Assembly (NCBI GenBank): GCA_951406725.2 | Contig: OX597820.1 | Location: 39,432,001 to 39,496,000, forward strand | Origin: Octopus vulgaris | Lineage: Eukaryota | Length of the DNA stretch: 64,000 nucleotides | Direction: 5' to 3' | Shown here: positions 1 through 13,761 of the stretch, one piece after another | How the letters are laid out: the number at the start of each line of letters is the position of its first letter | How positions within the stretch are numbered: position 1 is the stretch's first letter | Program-made: the position numbers and the translations under genes | The notes under the pieces: model-generated | What the model was told of the DNA's origin: nothing | Seen by the model: the letters and a program-made list of their open reading frames with translations, nothing else | Database searches by the model: none

Positions 1-91
<91 letters not shown>

Positions 92-190
92 CTGTATCTA
101 TCTGTGTATCTATCTGTGTGTGTGCGCGTGTGTATGTGTGCGTGTGCGTGTGTGTGTGTGTCTGTGTGTGTGTGTGTCTGTGTGTGTGTG
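1..190. repeat. (TCTA)n then (TG)n microsatellite
   Basis: Directly visible simple repeats. Confidence 0.95.
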
Positions 191-407
191 TAGGCATCTT
201 TGTATTTGCCCCACCAACACTGCTTGACAACCGAAGATGGTGTGTTTACATTCCCGTAACTAGCAGTTCGGTAAAAAAAAAAAAAAGACTGGTAGGATAG
301 ATGCAAGATTTTTTAAAATGATAACTGGGCTCGACCTATACAACTAAATCCTTCAAGATGGTGCCCCAGCAAGGCCACAGTCCAATGACTGGAACAAGAA
401 AAAGATA
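191..407 (+). mobile_element. 3' half of SINE family A (diverged)
   Basis: Matches the 3' half of the full copy at 19155-19607 (TGCTTGACAACCGA..GGTGTGTTTAC..GGTGCCCCAGC..AATGACTGGAACAAG). Confidence 0.8.
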
Positions 408-1089
408 ATTGCATTTAGGGTCTCACGTACCGTAAACTGACTGTGCGTAAACAGTATCTATTTTGTAAGCGGAATATGAATGGGGGTATTAGTGGAAAGA
501 AAGCTTACGTAATATACCAGGAATCATGAAAATTGTCTTATCTGTACGTTGCTTGAAAGAATTATAACTGTATTTTAGATATTCATATATTGAATAAATA
601 GTGACAGGTGTCACTTGCCTCAGTATATCACAGTACTTCTATATATTGTCAAAGTGAGCTTTCGAGTTGTCCACTGAATTATGTGAAAAATTTAAATACG
701 ACGGACTTTACCAGTGTCAGGCATGAAGCTGATAGAATCTATAGGAAATGGAAATAATCCTTCGATATTAGATCCCTTCTTAGCAACGTTAAGTGCATAT
801 ATGGAGTGAAATATTGGCAGCAGCTGCATTCAAATCAATGAAGTCTTTAATACCCGGACATCAATAAGTATTTTTAAAAGCTCTGCCCAATTCGTCTATA
901 ATACATTTGTATATGACTTTTGCTCTTCTATAATTCAATAAAATGAAGAATGACATGCAGTAGGATAGGATAGCTGGATTCTTTCCAATGTTACGCTGCA
1001 TTTTATCGGCTTCTGGTGGCTAAACAAAATCGGTGATACACTACTTTACAAAAGCAGTAGATGGGCACACATTAATTTCATAGTCGTTT

Positions 1090-1630
1090 GAATCAACCAT
1101 GGGATTGGCAAAGCCGCGGCCAAGTTTCGGAGAATGTGCACAATCTGATTCTTCAAAACTGTCAGTTTACACATAAATATCCGGCTCAATTATAGCATAG
1201 TTCTGTCAATTGTTCTCTATGCTAGTGAGATATGGAATAACACCGCGAAAATTTAAACAGAAATCCCGTTGTTTTCCATCAATGATGCTTGAGAAGGATT
1301 CTCTGAACGTACTGGCAAGATGAAGTAACCAATGAAACGATCTAACGACAGCCAACCAACACAGAACCAATTAGCGATATCATCACGGGACGAAGATTGA
1401 AACTAGATCATATTCTTCGGTTAACAGAACAACGCCACTCTAAAACAGCTTTCAGATGGACACCACCAGAGAGGAAAAGAGAGACAGACCGAAAACTACT
1501 TGGTGCAAAACATTCATAACCGACATGAGAAAGGCTAATGTCACATAGATAAATGTAGAGAAAATGCAGCCACCAGAAGCCAGTGGTGTCAACTTGCTGC
1601 TCAGTGTCTTCGAGTGCACAGGAGTAACTG
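1090..1630 (+). mobile_element. Degenerate RTE-clade LINE, 3' end of RT ORF
   Basis: Broken frames give IGKAAAKFRRM, IVLYASEIW, CLRRIL.TYWQDEVTNE and DRPKTTW, typical of the RTE C-terminus; many stops. Confidence 0.75.
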
Positions 1631-1733
1631 ATACAGATACTGATTGTTGAATCTTACACTACTCGTGACAGATTTCTTCGTAACAATACGGTTAGGAAAA
1701 TTTCGTAGTTTTAAATGCTCTTGTTTCTCTGTG

Positions 1734-1801
<68 letters not shown>

Positions 1802-1835
1802 TCTTTCTTTCTTTCCAGCTCACTCTCTAATATTG

Positions 1836-2023
1836 GCACAAGTCCAGTAATTTTGGGGCAGGAGTACGTCGATTACATCAACCGGTACTTATTTTATCGA
1901 CTCCGAAAGGGCGAAAGGCAAACGTGACCCCGATGGCATTTGAACTGAGAACGTAAAGTCGGAAGAAATGCCGCTAAGCATTTTTCCAGCGCGGTAACAA
2001 TATTTTGCCAGCTCTCTGCCTTA
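1836..2023 (-). mobile_element. SINE family M (Meta-domain-like)
   Basis: Reverse complement contains GCCTTTCGCCCTTTCGGAGTCGATAAAATAAGTACC, shared with copies at 23.3-23.7 kb and 35.4-38.7 kb. Confidence 0.8.
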
Positions 2024-2473
2024 TCTCACTCATCAATATTCGTTCTAAATCGAGAAGTCATGTGTGAGAAGATGAGAGAGGATTATGCTCAGAGTAGAGA
2101 CTTGATCAGAATGCTTGCAGTCGCATGGGTTCCTCGAGACATCACACAAACTCAATGACTAATTCACACATACTCTTAAAAATTAATTCGTAGACGGAAC
2201 ATGGAAAATGCACAAGACTTTTCTAAAGTTGGCCAAGTTGATTTGTAAATACTACTTTAGGAGATTTGCATATTAATTAGAAACCAGGTCTTTCTTAATA
2301 TGAAGAATCCAAAGAATTGAAAAGATACGCGTTTTATACACACACTTACACCACCACCACCACTACAGCAGCAGCATACATACGCAAACGTATCACACGG
2401 CACACAGGGGTACAATACTATCCTCACTTTTACATGAAAGTTACGGGAGCCAAATATAGTAAACTATGTAAAG

Positions 2474-2797
2474 ACCTTCTTCGGTCATGAATGACCATGA
2501 GATTGCACCTTGGAAGTTCCCCTCCGAAGCACAAGCCTGGACAAGGTTGTTTATGGAAGAGCACCAGTCGTCCATGCATAACGGCCTCCCCCGTTCCATG
2601 TCACCGATGTTATCCAAGGGAAGACAAAGGCTTGGCACCAGTGACGTCGCAACACATTTCTGCAGCTGATTGAGCTGGAGCAACGTGAAATAAAGTGTCT
2701 TGCTCAAAAGTCACAACACACAGCCCACTTCAGAAACAGAACTCACTACCTCGTGATTGTGAGATAAGTCCCCTAACCACTGAGCCATGCACCTTCA
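2474..2797 (-). mobile_element. CORE-type tRNA-derived SINE family D
   Basis: Reverse complement aligns with 21713-22060 (TTGAGCAAGACACTTTATTTCACGTTGCTCCAG). Confidence 0.8.
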
Positions 2798-2989
2798 CTT
2801 AGCAAATGATGCTAATAAACAGTGATAAAACAGTGAATTGGCAGAACCGGTAGAACGTCCTTGCAGTAACTATTTCAACTCTTTGCTTTTTGATTTCAAG
2901 TACAACTGAGGTTAACTTTCCGTTTCATCCTTCCGAGATCGACAAAATAAAGCAATAGTATCAATCTAGGGTTGTAGTTCTTTCTCCAC

Positions 2990-3089
<100 letters not shown>

Positions 3090-3309
3090 TCTCTAAATAT
3101 TGAATGGATATTTTGTCCAGCGCATTACTGATACAGTAATCTATCGGCTTGGTTAAGTAATTAATACATTGCCAGCTTTCAGCAGCAAGACAAATGAGTT
3201 GTACGAGAATTAATAGACGACGTTAATATTTTTTGTGAATGGCAATACTGAAGATCAGTATCTCAATAGAGATGCGATGAAAGTGCCAGTAGTAGTTGTA
3301 GTTAAACTC

Positions 3310-3722
3310 TATACTCTTTACTCTTTACTCTTTTACTTGTTTCAGTCATTTAACTGCGGCCATGCTGGAGCACCGCCTTTAGTCGAGCAAATCGACCCCG
3401 GGACTTATTCTTTGTAAGCCCAGTACTTATTCTATCGGTGTCTTTTACCGAACCGCTAAGTGACGGGGACGTAAACACACCGGCATCGGTTGTCAAGCAA
3501 TGCTAGGGGGACAAACACAGACATACAAACACACACACATACGTATATATACATATATACGACAGGCTTCTTTCAGTTTCCGTCTACCAAATCCACTCAC
3601 AAGGCTTTGGTCGGCCCGGGGCTATAGCAGAAGACACTTGCCCAAGATGCCACGCAGTGGACTGAACCCGGAACCATGTGGTTGGTTAGCAAGCTACTTA
3701 CCACACAGCCACTCCTACGCCT
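3310..3722 (-). mobile_element. Full-length SINE family A
   Basis: tRNA-like head with A/B boxes, internal (CA/TA)n and TAAAAGAG tail; near-identical to 19155-19607. Confidence 0.9.
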
Positions 3723-3791
3723 ATGTATAATTTTTTAAACATTCGGTACTCTAATTAAACCTGTGTGTTTTGTTTACATTATCAACATTAT

Positions 3792-3980
3792 AGGCGCAGG
3801 CGTGGCTGTGTGGTAAGAAGCTTGCTTCCCAACCACATGGTTCCGGGGTTAGATTCACTGCGTGGCATCTTAGGCAATTGTGTTCTACTATATCCGTGGG
3901 CGACCAAAGCCTTGTGAGTAGATTTCATAAACGGAAACTGAAAGAAGCCTTTCGTGTGTGTGTGTGTGTGTGTGTGTGTT
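3792..3980 (+). mobile_element. 5' half of SINE family A, divergent from previous copy
   Basis: AGGCGCAGGCGTGGCTGTGTGGTAAG head, ending in (TG)n. Confidence 0.85.
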
Positions 3981-4542
3981 CTTAAATCAAAAATCACAAA
4001 TCTTGCAAATAACTACCCAGGGTTTTCTGATCGAAATAATAATTTATCAAGCTGAAAACAAGACCGTCTGTTAGTTGATCTTTTTTTAGTAGGTAGCGTT
4101 TAAACAAGAGAAGCTTGTAAAGAAGAAGACAAAAACGAAAAGCACAAGGGAAATAAACCATGTTACAATAATTCGATGACAAGCAGACGTAAACCAGATG
4201 TTAATGGTTTTAAATGTAGACATAAAGAAAAGGTCTCGTTCCACGAATTTATAAATACTTTGGAAATTCTCCAAGCGAACACACTGAACATTTTCTATAC
4301 CCGTTAATATAGGATCTGGATTTAAAGAAGATTAACCATCTGATATCTAAATTGATCCCTTCGTCTTTAAGTTTCCAGTTTAAAGCTGGAAGGGTTGTTG
4401 AATGTCTTTTATCACGCTACCTAAAATTCGAAAGATTGTTGCTATATCTAGATTAAAATTTTTCTCCCACGACTCCGATATAACGTTCGATATTTGTACA
4501 ACCATCGTCGTAGTTGATCGTGTACATATATATATATATATA

Positions 4543-4907
4543 CTAAGTAATTAAGGGTTTAGCAACGATTTGCCTCACCACACACCGAATTTAGAAATAG
4601 CAGTCAAAGAGTTATGGCTATTCTTTCTACTTAAAAGGGAGATCCCAGTAAAACCAATTATATATATATATATAGTTAATCCAAACAAGAAAACACAGAA
4701 AAAAACACAGCAACGCGAGGACGTGGAACAATTAAAGTATTATTTGACGCTCAGGAAAGAAAGGAAGGAGGGTTTAACGTTTCGAGCGGAGCTCTTCGTC
4801 GGAAACAAAGGAGAAGGGAAGATCCCGAGAAGGGAAGACAGAGGAAAAAATTTTTTTTGCTGGTGGTGCTCAAGAGATCACATGTTGAAAGAACAGAAGT
4901 TGAAAGG

Positions 4908-4910
<3 letters not shown>
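4543..4910 (-). mobile_element. Non-autonomous Penelope-like (pLTR-type) element in (TA)n
   Basis: Homologous to 13750-13965, flanked by (TA)n and carrying a minimal hammerhead motif. Confidence 0.65.
4772..4806 (-). ncRNA. Minimal type I hammerhead motif with a core substitution (CCGACGA)
   Basis: Minus strand GUUU-CCGACGA-A-GAGC-UCC-GCUC-GAAA-CG-UU-AAAC. Confidence 0.6.
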
Positions 4911-4982
<72 letters not shown>

Positions 4983-5031
4983 AAAAAAAAGTCAAAATAC
5001 AAAATGCTAAAATAATTTTATAAAAACATTT

Positions 5032-6628
5032 CAGTACCGGTTTCAGTCATTGAGACTTTTTCAATTGTAACAATTAAACAATTAAATTTAGAAAAATTCA
5101 AAGAAAAGGTTTTTTTTAAAGAATATTTGTATAGTGTTCAAATACAAGGGGCATTTTCCTTGTTTCTGTCTGTCTCTGTCTCTCTTGTTTACTCTTGTGG
5201 GTTCGAGGTCGTTGTGAATTCTTGGAAGGGAAGAAGGAGAAGAAAAAGAAGAAGAAGGAGCAGGAGGAGGAGAAGGACAAGAAGAAGAAGAAGAATGTGG
5301 GAGTGCCATGACAGTAGTATTTTGAATGGTCAGCTAATGACCCACAGTGGATGGTAGCAGTCGCTGTTCAATTCATGAAAATATTTCTTTTGAATGTTTT
5401 GTTTATAGAATTTGCGTAGGTGTTATTCTAAACAGCATTAGTGATAAAGTTAGGAAGGAGAAGGAGAAAAAGAAGAAGAAGAAGAAGAAGAAGAAGAAGA
5501 AGAAGAAGAAGGAGGAGGAGGAGGAGGAGGAGGAGGAGGAGGAGGAGGGGGAGGAGGAGAAGAAGAAGAAGAAGAAGAAGAAGAAGAAGAAGAAGAAGAA
5601 GAAGAAGAAGAAGAAGAAGAAGAAGAAGAAGAAGAAGAAGAAGAAGAAGAAGAAGAAGAAGGGAGAATAAGAAGGAATGTAGGTAGTGTGAAAGTAGTAA
5701 GGTGTTAAATGACTTAAAGTTGGCACGTTATGGATTATAGCAGTGATTGGCACTGTTTTTAATGGATTCTTGGAAATCTCTTGAGTGCATCAATTTTAAT
5801 ATTTGCGTGTGTATTTGTGTTATTCTAAGGCCGAGGTGGATATGTCGTTTCTCGTAGATGCGTTCTGAAGGGGCCTGTATTTTGTAATAAAGACAGTTTT
5901 TTTACTAATTCGTTGGCTCCAGGTTGTATCGTCCCTGAATTGGTAGAGGAGAAAAATTCTGAAGCTTGGATTTTTATTGTTGGCGCAAATGTCTATGTGT
6001 TGGCTGAATGCTATTTTTCTGTTTTGGGGAATTTTTACCTGGGATCTGTGCAGGGCCATTCTTTTACGTTGACTACTTTTGTTTGGCCTATGTATTGCTC
6101 TTGACACCCAGAGCAGGTTAGTGTGTATATCAGGTTCTCCGAAGCACATGTGAAGTTGTTTTTCACTGTGAAACGTTGTCCCTGCTTGAAAGAGAACTCT
6201 GATCCCTCAATTAGATAATCGCATATCCCACAATTGGGTCTTCCCCATTTTTTTACTGACGGCTTCTGTGTTGTTGAGCGTATTCGGGCTTGTGTTACGA
6301 GACTTTTCATAGATTTGGGCTGTCTCTTGCTTTTTATGATGGTGTGTGTTTGGAGGATTAAGTTCATTCTGTGGTCCTTTTTTAGCTGGGGTATGTTTTG
6401 GAGGATGGTGTCGAAGGCTTCGTTGTTGAGAGGGTTGTGTGTGGAGATGTATGGTAGAGCTTTTGGTTGTAAATTTTTCTTTAATTTGGGATGTCTGAGT
6501 TCTTGGATGTTGAGATGAAGGGCACGTTGAAAGCATACGTCAGTTAGTGAAGGTGGGTAGTTCCTAGTGATGAGTGTATCTTTTAGTTCATGTAGTCGTG
6601 TGTCTCTGGTGTTTGCATTAGAAACTAT
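5032..6628 (-). mobile_element. 5'-truncated Penelope-like retroelement (RT thumb, Cys linker, GIY-YIG endonuclease, 3' region with expanded (AAG/GAG)n)
   Basis: ORF 6035-6367 has RPNCGIC and CASENLIYTLTCSGCQEQYIGQT. It continues after a frameshift as RMALHRSQ..FSQH. Upstream RNYP and LPYISTHNP motifs; bounded by (TA)n. Confidence 0.85.
5454..5662. repeat. (AAG)n/(GAG)n trinucleotide tract
   Basis: Directly visible; source of the poly-K/E/R/F ORFs. Confidence 0.95.
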
Positions 6629-6629
6629 A

Positions 6630-6701
<72 letters not shown>

Positions 6702-6739
6702 TATGGTCTAGGAACAATTTTTTATGCATATATATATAT

Positions 6740-6890
6740 ATTCGGTCATCCCACAAATAATGCAGTTTTTTATACAAAGTTCTTTTTTAATCTAAAAAAT
6801 GTTCTCCTTCATTTTCTACAACACTCTTCTGGTAGACTTGCAAGGCCCCTCTTCCAAAATTCGCTTGTCCATGATGAAAGTCTGTGAGGA
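6740..6890 (-). mobile_element. Mariner 3' end fragment
   Basis: Minus strand reads SEFWKRGLASLP (mariner C-terminus) and ends in a TIR-like sequence next to (TA)n. Confidence 0.6.
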
Positions 6891-7329
6891 ATCTAATGGC
6901 CCAATTTGCTGACTTTTCCGATGGCGCGCGGGTGTCGATAAATGGTTAAATGACCAAATCTAAGCTTCTCTGCTAGTTCCTCAACATGTGTGTAAACATA
7001 TATAAACCTGCATGCATGTATGTATAATATATGTAAGTATGTCAAGACATTCGTAACATACAACCAGAAGGTTTGACTGTCGGCTACTAAACCGGTAGCC
7101 TTACCAAACTTGCTTGGTACAGAGGGTGGTTTTCGTTGCACACCTTGCAGAACGAAAAGCCAAAACTTATCAAAGAGCGGATGAACTCAGGCGAGTCAAC
7201 GGTCATCCAACAGCTGGGAGTGTGAGACCGCTAATCCTTGTCTAGACATTTCCCTACGAGAAGAAAAACTCCGAAATAACACCTGCGACCCCGTTTGCAC
7301 CCAATGATGTAGACTAATTTCTTCCTTTG

Positions 7330-7700
7330 GGGCAAATGTTTACGTTGTTCAGAGAATAGGTCTGACGTCTTGCAATGCCTTCACTCACTTTAAAAAGCTT
7401 CATACACAGGCATCGCTTGATTTATAACAGCTCAGGTATATGTTGCATAATATAGCTGTCCAGAGCCAAGAAAAAGCAAAACACTCAAAATTCCATGATA
7501 GAATGAATGCATATGTAAGCGTGGTTGATAAGCTTTCTGAATACCCGTTGCAAGAGTCACTCATTTGCAAAAGCGACCCATTTGCAAGCGTCGTCCATTT
7601 GCCACATTTGTTCAAAAAGGTGTAGGTCCCTAGTAGCACTGAAAAGCCACACTCGTAGCGCTTTAAGAAAAGAATCAAGTGATGGTATTCCTCAAAATTT
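7330..7700 (+). mobile_element. LINE 3' end remnant with C2H2-like motif
   Basis: CHICSKRCRSLVALKSHTR resembles the C-terminal zinc finger of RTE/CR1-type ORF2. Confidence 0.5.
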
Positions 7701-7772
7701 AGTTGCAGCCATCATGTAAGTATGTATGCATATGTATATTTATGAGTATGCATATGTATATATGTATGTATG

Positions 7773-7804
<32 letters not shown>

Positions 7805-7916
7805 TGTATGTATGTATGTATGTATGTATGTATGTATATGTCTGGATGAATGTATGTATGCGTGTGTATATATGTATATTTGCGTATATTTATGAATGCA
7901 TGTACTTATATGTATT

Positions 7917-8812
7917 ACATTGGTTAGAAAGTTCTTGGACAAGTCATTGTTGCAAGTCATTGAAGCCGATCCGATGAAAACTGCACATCAATTTGCGGTA
8001 CAGCTTGGCGTCTCCCATGTCACGATCATCAACCACCCGCATCGTCTCAGCAAGGTCAGCAAGCTTGGAAAATAGGTGCCACATGAATTGACTGAAGCGA
8101 ACAAACAACAAGCACGTGACACTGCATGTCAAAGTCTGCTCTGGCGAAGCTGAAGATTCGATTGATTGGAGTCAGTAATCACTATAGATGAAAAGTGGGT
8201 ACTGTACTCCAACGTGAGGTGCAGACGATCCTGGTGTAGCAAAGGTCAACGGCCAAAACCTTCATCAAACGGACCGCTTGTGCAAAAGAAGGTTATGATC
8301 ACAGTCTGGTGGGATTGCCGTGCTGTGATCATGTTGGATCTTTTCTCACGCAATACCACCATTGACAAGGATGTCTACTGCGAACAAATCGACCGTCTAA
8401 AGATCGCGCTGGCCGAAAAACGCTCAAATTTGAAGAAGATAATTTACACGCCAGCACATCGTGCAAAGAAGACGTCAGAGAAGCTGAAGCATGTGGGTTG
8501 AGAGATTATGGTGCACCCACCGTATTCTCCTGACCTTGCCTCTTCTGACTACCACTTATTCTCTGCCTTGCAACATGCAATTGACGATACAGAGTTCGAA
8601 AACAAAGATGTGAAATCGTTTCTTTACGTCTTTATTGATTCAAACTCACGTGATTTCTGGATGAAAGGATTCAAAACTTTGCCTGAAAGATGGCAAAAGG
8701 TGAACGATAACGAAGGTAATTACCTTTTGGATTGATTGTTCTTTGTTGTTTTTTTAATTGTTAATAAAGTGATATGTTAAAAGTGTCCAAGAACTGTCTT
8801 ACCAAACTGATA
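7917..8812 (+). mobile_element. Defective mariner (DD34D) transposon, internally deleted
   Basis: *VPHEL, ITIDEKWV, KKVMITVWWD and HPPYSPDLASSDYHLF motifs. The second-D (HDNA) segment and N-terminal HTH are missing. Matching ends ..AGTTCTTGGACA / TGTCCAAGAACT.. Confidence 0.9.
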
Positions 8813-8861
8813 CGTATACTACATTATATGTATGTATATTACATTATATATTTATTTATTT

Positions 8862-9152
8862 ATGCACCCTTTTCAAGCCTAGCCAGGATCATGGGCCCAG
8901 TTTCCCGGTTTCTGTGGCGTATGTGTTCCCCCCAGCTGGACGGGACGCCAGTCTATCGCAGCGTTACTCAAGAAACAGGAAGAAAGAGTGAGAGAAAGTT
9001 GTGGCGAAAGAGTACAGCACGGATCGCCGCCACCCCCTGCCGGAGCCGCGTGGTGCTTTAGGTGTTTTCGCTCAATAAACACACACAACGCCCGGTCTGG
9101 GAATCGGAGCCGCGATCCTCCGACCGCGAGACCGCTGCCCTAACCACTGGGT
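8862..9152 (-). mobile_element. tRNA-derived SINE family B
   Basis: Reverse complement of 14767-15072. Confidence 0.85.
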
Positions 9153-9249
9153 TGTGCATTATATAATGTACATATATATACGTTTGCATGTGTATGTATA
9201 TATGTATGTCTTGGTATAAATATTTGTGTGTAGTTGTTGTTGTTGTTGT

Positions 9250-9322
<73 letters not shown>

Positions 9323-10270
9323 GCTTAGCCCCAGTTAAATTGCGAAAATCAAATTATTCTGCAATCAAACTATTCAACCCATAACCATCGAATTTCCTTT
9401 TTTACTTTTTATTTCTTCAGATATAGCATGTTCCGGACCACAATATTTAATGTATTATATATTAAAGATGCCATGATGTAGTCTCATGGAAATTTGACTA
9501 CTATTTCTAGCAGGCAGCGTGACGTCGATTAGAGGTTCTCTTATTCACACGCAGCAGATGCTTTTGTTACCGTTATTGCTGTCATATCTATAATTATTAA
9601 TTGGTTTGCACGTTTGAGCGGTGTTTGTATGTGTTTCTATGGTGTGCGTGTTTATGCATGATTTATGTATCGTGTGTGCTATAAAATTAGTGGAAGCTGC
9701 CTTAAAATAAGATCTATAATTCGATAACTTTGATTGCATGTTCATCCATACTTAAATTGGCATATTGCCCAACAATTTTAATACTGATGCTCCGGTACCG
9801 TATTGTAAATAGTCTTGTTTTATTAAAATGAATCACATGGAAACGAATCATGGCAAGTATCCCTTTCGAAGAGTTATCGATCATTAAAATTCAGATTTAC
9901 GGCAGGAATAGAGAAATACAATAATGCATTTTGCAAATAATGTTTCCTCCGTACAACTGGTTTATTACGGAAATGTAATATTTATACGCACTTAAATATA
10001 GATGTTCTGTTAGAACAAACTATACTGTGATGGTTACCATGAGAGAAACTCACATATTAGACTTTTGGTATAAAATGCACTCTTGTTTATATCGCTAGCG
10101 GGGAGGTAAATCCCCGCTACCTCCAATGCTGAGTTTACAAGATCTCGTTATTTCGACCTTGCTTGGTCTTGTCAATGATGGAAACTCGAGGCAGCAGTGT
10201 CTCATCTCCCCGCCAGCGATATTGATACTGCCTGAACAGGTGCTGGTGGGGAGATTAGGTAGTTTGTTGA

Positions 10271-10308
<38 letters not shown>

Positions 10309-10311
<3 letters not shown>

Positions 10312-10493
10312 AATATGAGAGAGAATCCACTATGTGGACGCTCTTACGCTAGATATAGATCCGCAAGGGTGGATTCTCTCTCATATTTGTGTATTAATAA
10401 TATTTACTGAATATTATGCGCTAGACCACTGGTGTTTAAATTGATGTTATTAAATTAATATCCAATTTTTTCACCCTCTTTTTTGACTTTAAT

Positions 10494-10495
<2 letters not shown>
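10309..10495. mobile_element. Foldback repeat related to 33349-33770 (probably Penelope-derived)
   Basis: 22-bp inverted arms 10309-10330/10369-10390, then GCTAGACCACTGGTGT..TCACCCTC shared with 33.7 kb; flanked by (TA)n. Confidence 0.6.
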
Positions 10496-10541
<46 letters not shown>

Positions 10542-10570
10542 GAGAGAGAGAGAGAGAGAGAAAGAAAGAA

Positions 10571-10647
<77 letters not shown>

Positions 10648-10754
10648 TGCGCTATCAGTACCGTGGGGTAATATTCATCCCCACTTAAACTGCAGTAGTT
10701 TATTACATATACATAGAAACGAAACATGCTAGTGTAATACATGCATGCGTGCAC

Positions 10755-10786
<32 letters not shown>

Positions 10787-11286
10787 CAGCAGCAGCAGCA
10801 GCAACAACAACAACAACAGCAACAGTAGTAGTACGTCAAGGGAGCCACAGGGAAATATGTAATTTTTGTAAGCTTGTCATGCCGGCGTTACATCGGATGG
10901 CAACGGTCAAGATTGATGGGAAAGATAACTGGGGAGTGCAATACTTTGAACATTTATAGTCTACAAGTTTATATTTCTTGCAAATATGAAATCTTTTCTT
11001 TTTTTTCTTTTTTTTTTTTTGTCTTTTTCTATTTAAGAGCAGTGTGTGGAATGAAAAGGCAAGGAATTGTAATGAGTTTGCAAGAAAACAACACTATGTG
11101 AGTTGTCATCCAGTTTACCTTCAGGAAACACAAAAACTGCTAATACCAACAGAAAATGCTTAAAACAGAAGCATTTTCAAATCATCTGAGTATAAAGTTC
11201 AACAGACATTTCTGGCCTCATCAGATAAATAAATATGAATTGAGAAATTACAACATTAACTTTTTCTCTTTCTCTCTCTCTCGCTC

Positions 11287-11344
<58 letters not shown>

Positions 11345-12238
11345 ACTCACTCACTTTCTTGCTTTCTCTCTCATTCACTCACTTTCTTTTTGTCTTTCTT
11401 TCTTCCTCTCTCTTTCTTTCTCTCCCCCCCTCTTTGTATATCTCTCTCTTTGTTTCCTTCCTTCCCCCTCTCTCTCTCCCATTATGAAACCTTTTCTTTG
11501 TTTATTTTTTTCCCTTTCTCTCTAACCCCTTTGTATCTCTACTTGATTTAGAATGAACTCAATAAACAGAAATAATAAATATATAGAACTTTCAAATAAT
11601 GTAATGAAATTACTATTTTCTAGTCGTTACTGATGAGCAACAAAGACGCAGAAACAGTCTGTTTATACATAGAGTTATGGAGAAAAATGAAATATTCAAT
11701 TGATTGAAATTTAATTATATGACCATAACATTTAAGATCATTTAAGAAAAATACGGTATTTTTTCATCTATATTACACAAAAGTACTCAATACACTTAAT
11801 CAACACACCGCACTTAAAAGAAACTAACAAAACGGCAACCATCATGATGGGAAAAATTCGAACGCATAACGATGGCCAAGGTGTGTGTTGAATGAAGAAA
11901 CAAATCGTTGTTATGAAACTACACGAGAATACCACGTACGTATGGATACAGCACGATTATTTGGAGACACACATCTCACACAAAAATGGCAAAAGATGAG
12001 ATTGAAAACGGAATTACTTCCATGCTACCTAAATATAAATCTTTCGGTCGATGAAATATTTAAGACTGTCATCACTCTAAAGAAAACAATTTAGCCATAA
12101 GCATTATCTGATAAACAGATATCCCTTTGTGACGAGAGATTGCTAAGAAAATAAGTGCGTGTTCGTGTATGTGTCTGATTATATTCAGGTCATTATTATT
12201 ACTGTATAATAGTATATATTTGTGAACATATGTGTATG

Positions 12239-12293
<55 letters not shown>

Positions 12294-12439
12294 GAATATA
12301 TTTTCGTAACACTATGTGTGTGTGTTTGTGTGTGTACAGGGAGTCCCAAGAGGAACCATCTATTTTGAAAAATAATAGGAATTTACAAAATAAGCCATTA
12401 AGACACAAATGTATGTGCGAAAATACATATATATGTGAG

Positions 12440-12506
12440 TCTATGTTTGTATGTGCACGATCTATATGTATACATACATATACACATACATACGCCACAG
12501 TCTCAT

Positions 12507-12561
<55 letters not shown>

Positions 12562-12739
12562 CACATATATACATACGTATGTATGTATGTATGTATGTAT
12601 GTATGTATGTATGTATGTATGTATGTATGTGTGTATGTGTATACATACGAACATATATGATATAAATATACGCATACATATATTTGCGTGAGTGAGTATA
12701 TTTATGCATGTACGTACGTATGTTTGTGTATGTATGTGT

Positions 12740-12838
<99 letters not shown>

Positions 12839-13110
12839 TGTGTGTGTGTGCTAGCACGAAAATAGCTATCGAAAACTAAAGTACGAATTCATAAAATATG
12901 ACTTGTGATAAAAATATGCAAACACACACATACACATTGTAGGTATGTGTATAGATAGATAGATACATGCATACATACATACATACATACATACATACAC
13001 ATACATACATACATACATACATACATACATGCATGCATGCATGCATACATACATACATACATACATACATACATACATACATACGTACGTACGTACGTGT
13101 ATGTATGAGA
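12440..13110. repeat. Compound microsatellite block (CT, TA, ATGT, TG, ATAC)
   Basis: Directly visible. Confidence 0.9.
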
Positions 13111-13241
13111 GTCTGCATTTCTGTGAGTGTATAAGAGTAATACTTTACGTATTCCTAACATTTTTTAAATAGTTGTTTACACTTTTCAGTCAGTCTGTGT
13201 GTATATGGAAGCGTGTATATATATGTCTCTGTGTGTGTATA

Positions 13242-13356
13242 GGTACAGGCATAACTGTGTGGCTAAGGTGCTCGTTTTGGTTTCGGGTTCAGCCTAAGTG
13301 TACGGCTCCTTGGGAAAGTGTCTTCTACTACAGCCCCTTGGGAAACTGTGACATAT

Positions 13357-13401
<45 letters not shown>

Positions 13402-13600
13402 TTTGTGTCTGTCTATCACCGATGCTTGACAACTACTGTTGGTTTGTTTACATCCCCGTTCATTAGCGGTTCAGCAAACGCGGCAGTTTGAATAAGTACC
13501 AGGCTTTGAAATTTATGTCTTGGGGTCGAATTATTCGTCTAGAACTTTTAAGGTGGTCCCTCAGTGTGACCGCAGTCTAATGACTAAATGATGTAAAAGA
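13242..13600 (+). mobile_element. Diverged SINE family A copy
   Basis: Head, (TG)n and 3' half recognisable against 19155-19607. Confidence 0.7.
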
Positions 13601-13677
13601 AGCTACATATCCACAAAGATGTACACGTATTTATACATATATATGCATATCTATCTATCTATCTACACACACACACA

Positions 13678-13749
<72 letters not shown>

Positions 13750-13761
<12 letters not shown>

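Noticed and set aside
5347-5753. Poly-K/E/R/F ORFs
   Set aside because: Translation of the (AAG/GAG)n microsatellite.
11629-11665. CTGATGA-GC..GC-A-GAAACAG.CTGTT hammerhead-like string
   Set aside because: Only a 2-bp stem II with an extra base, and no convincing stem I.
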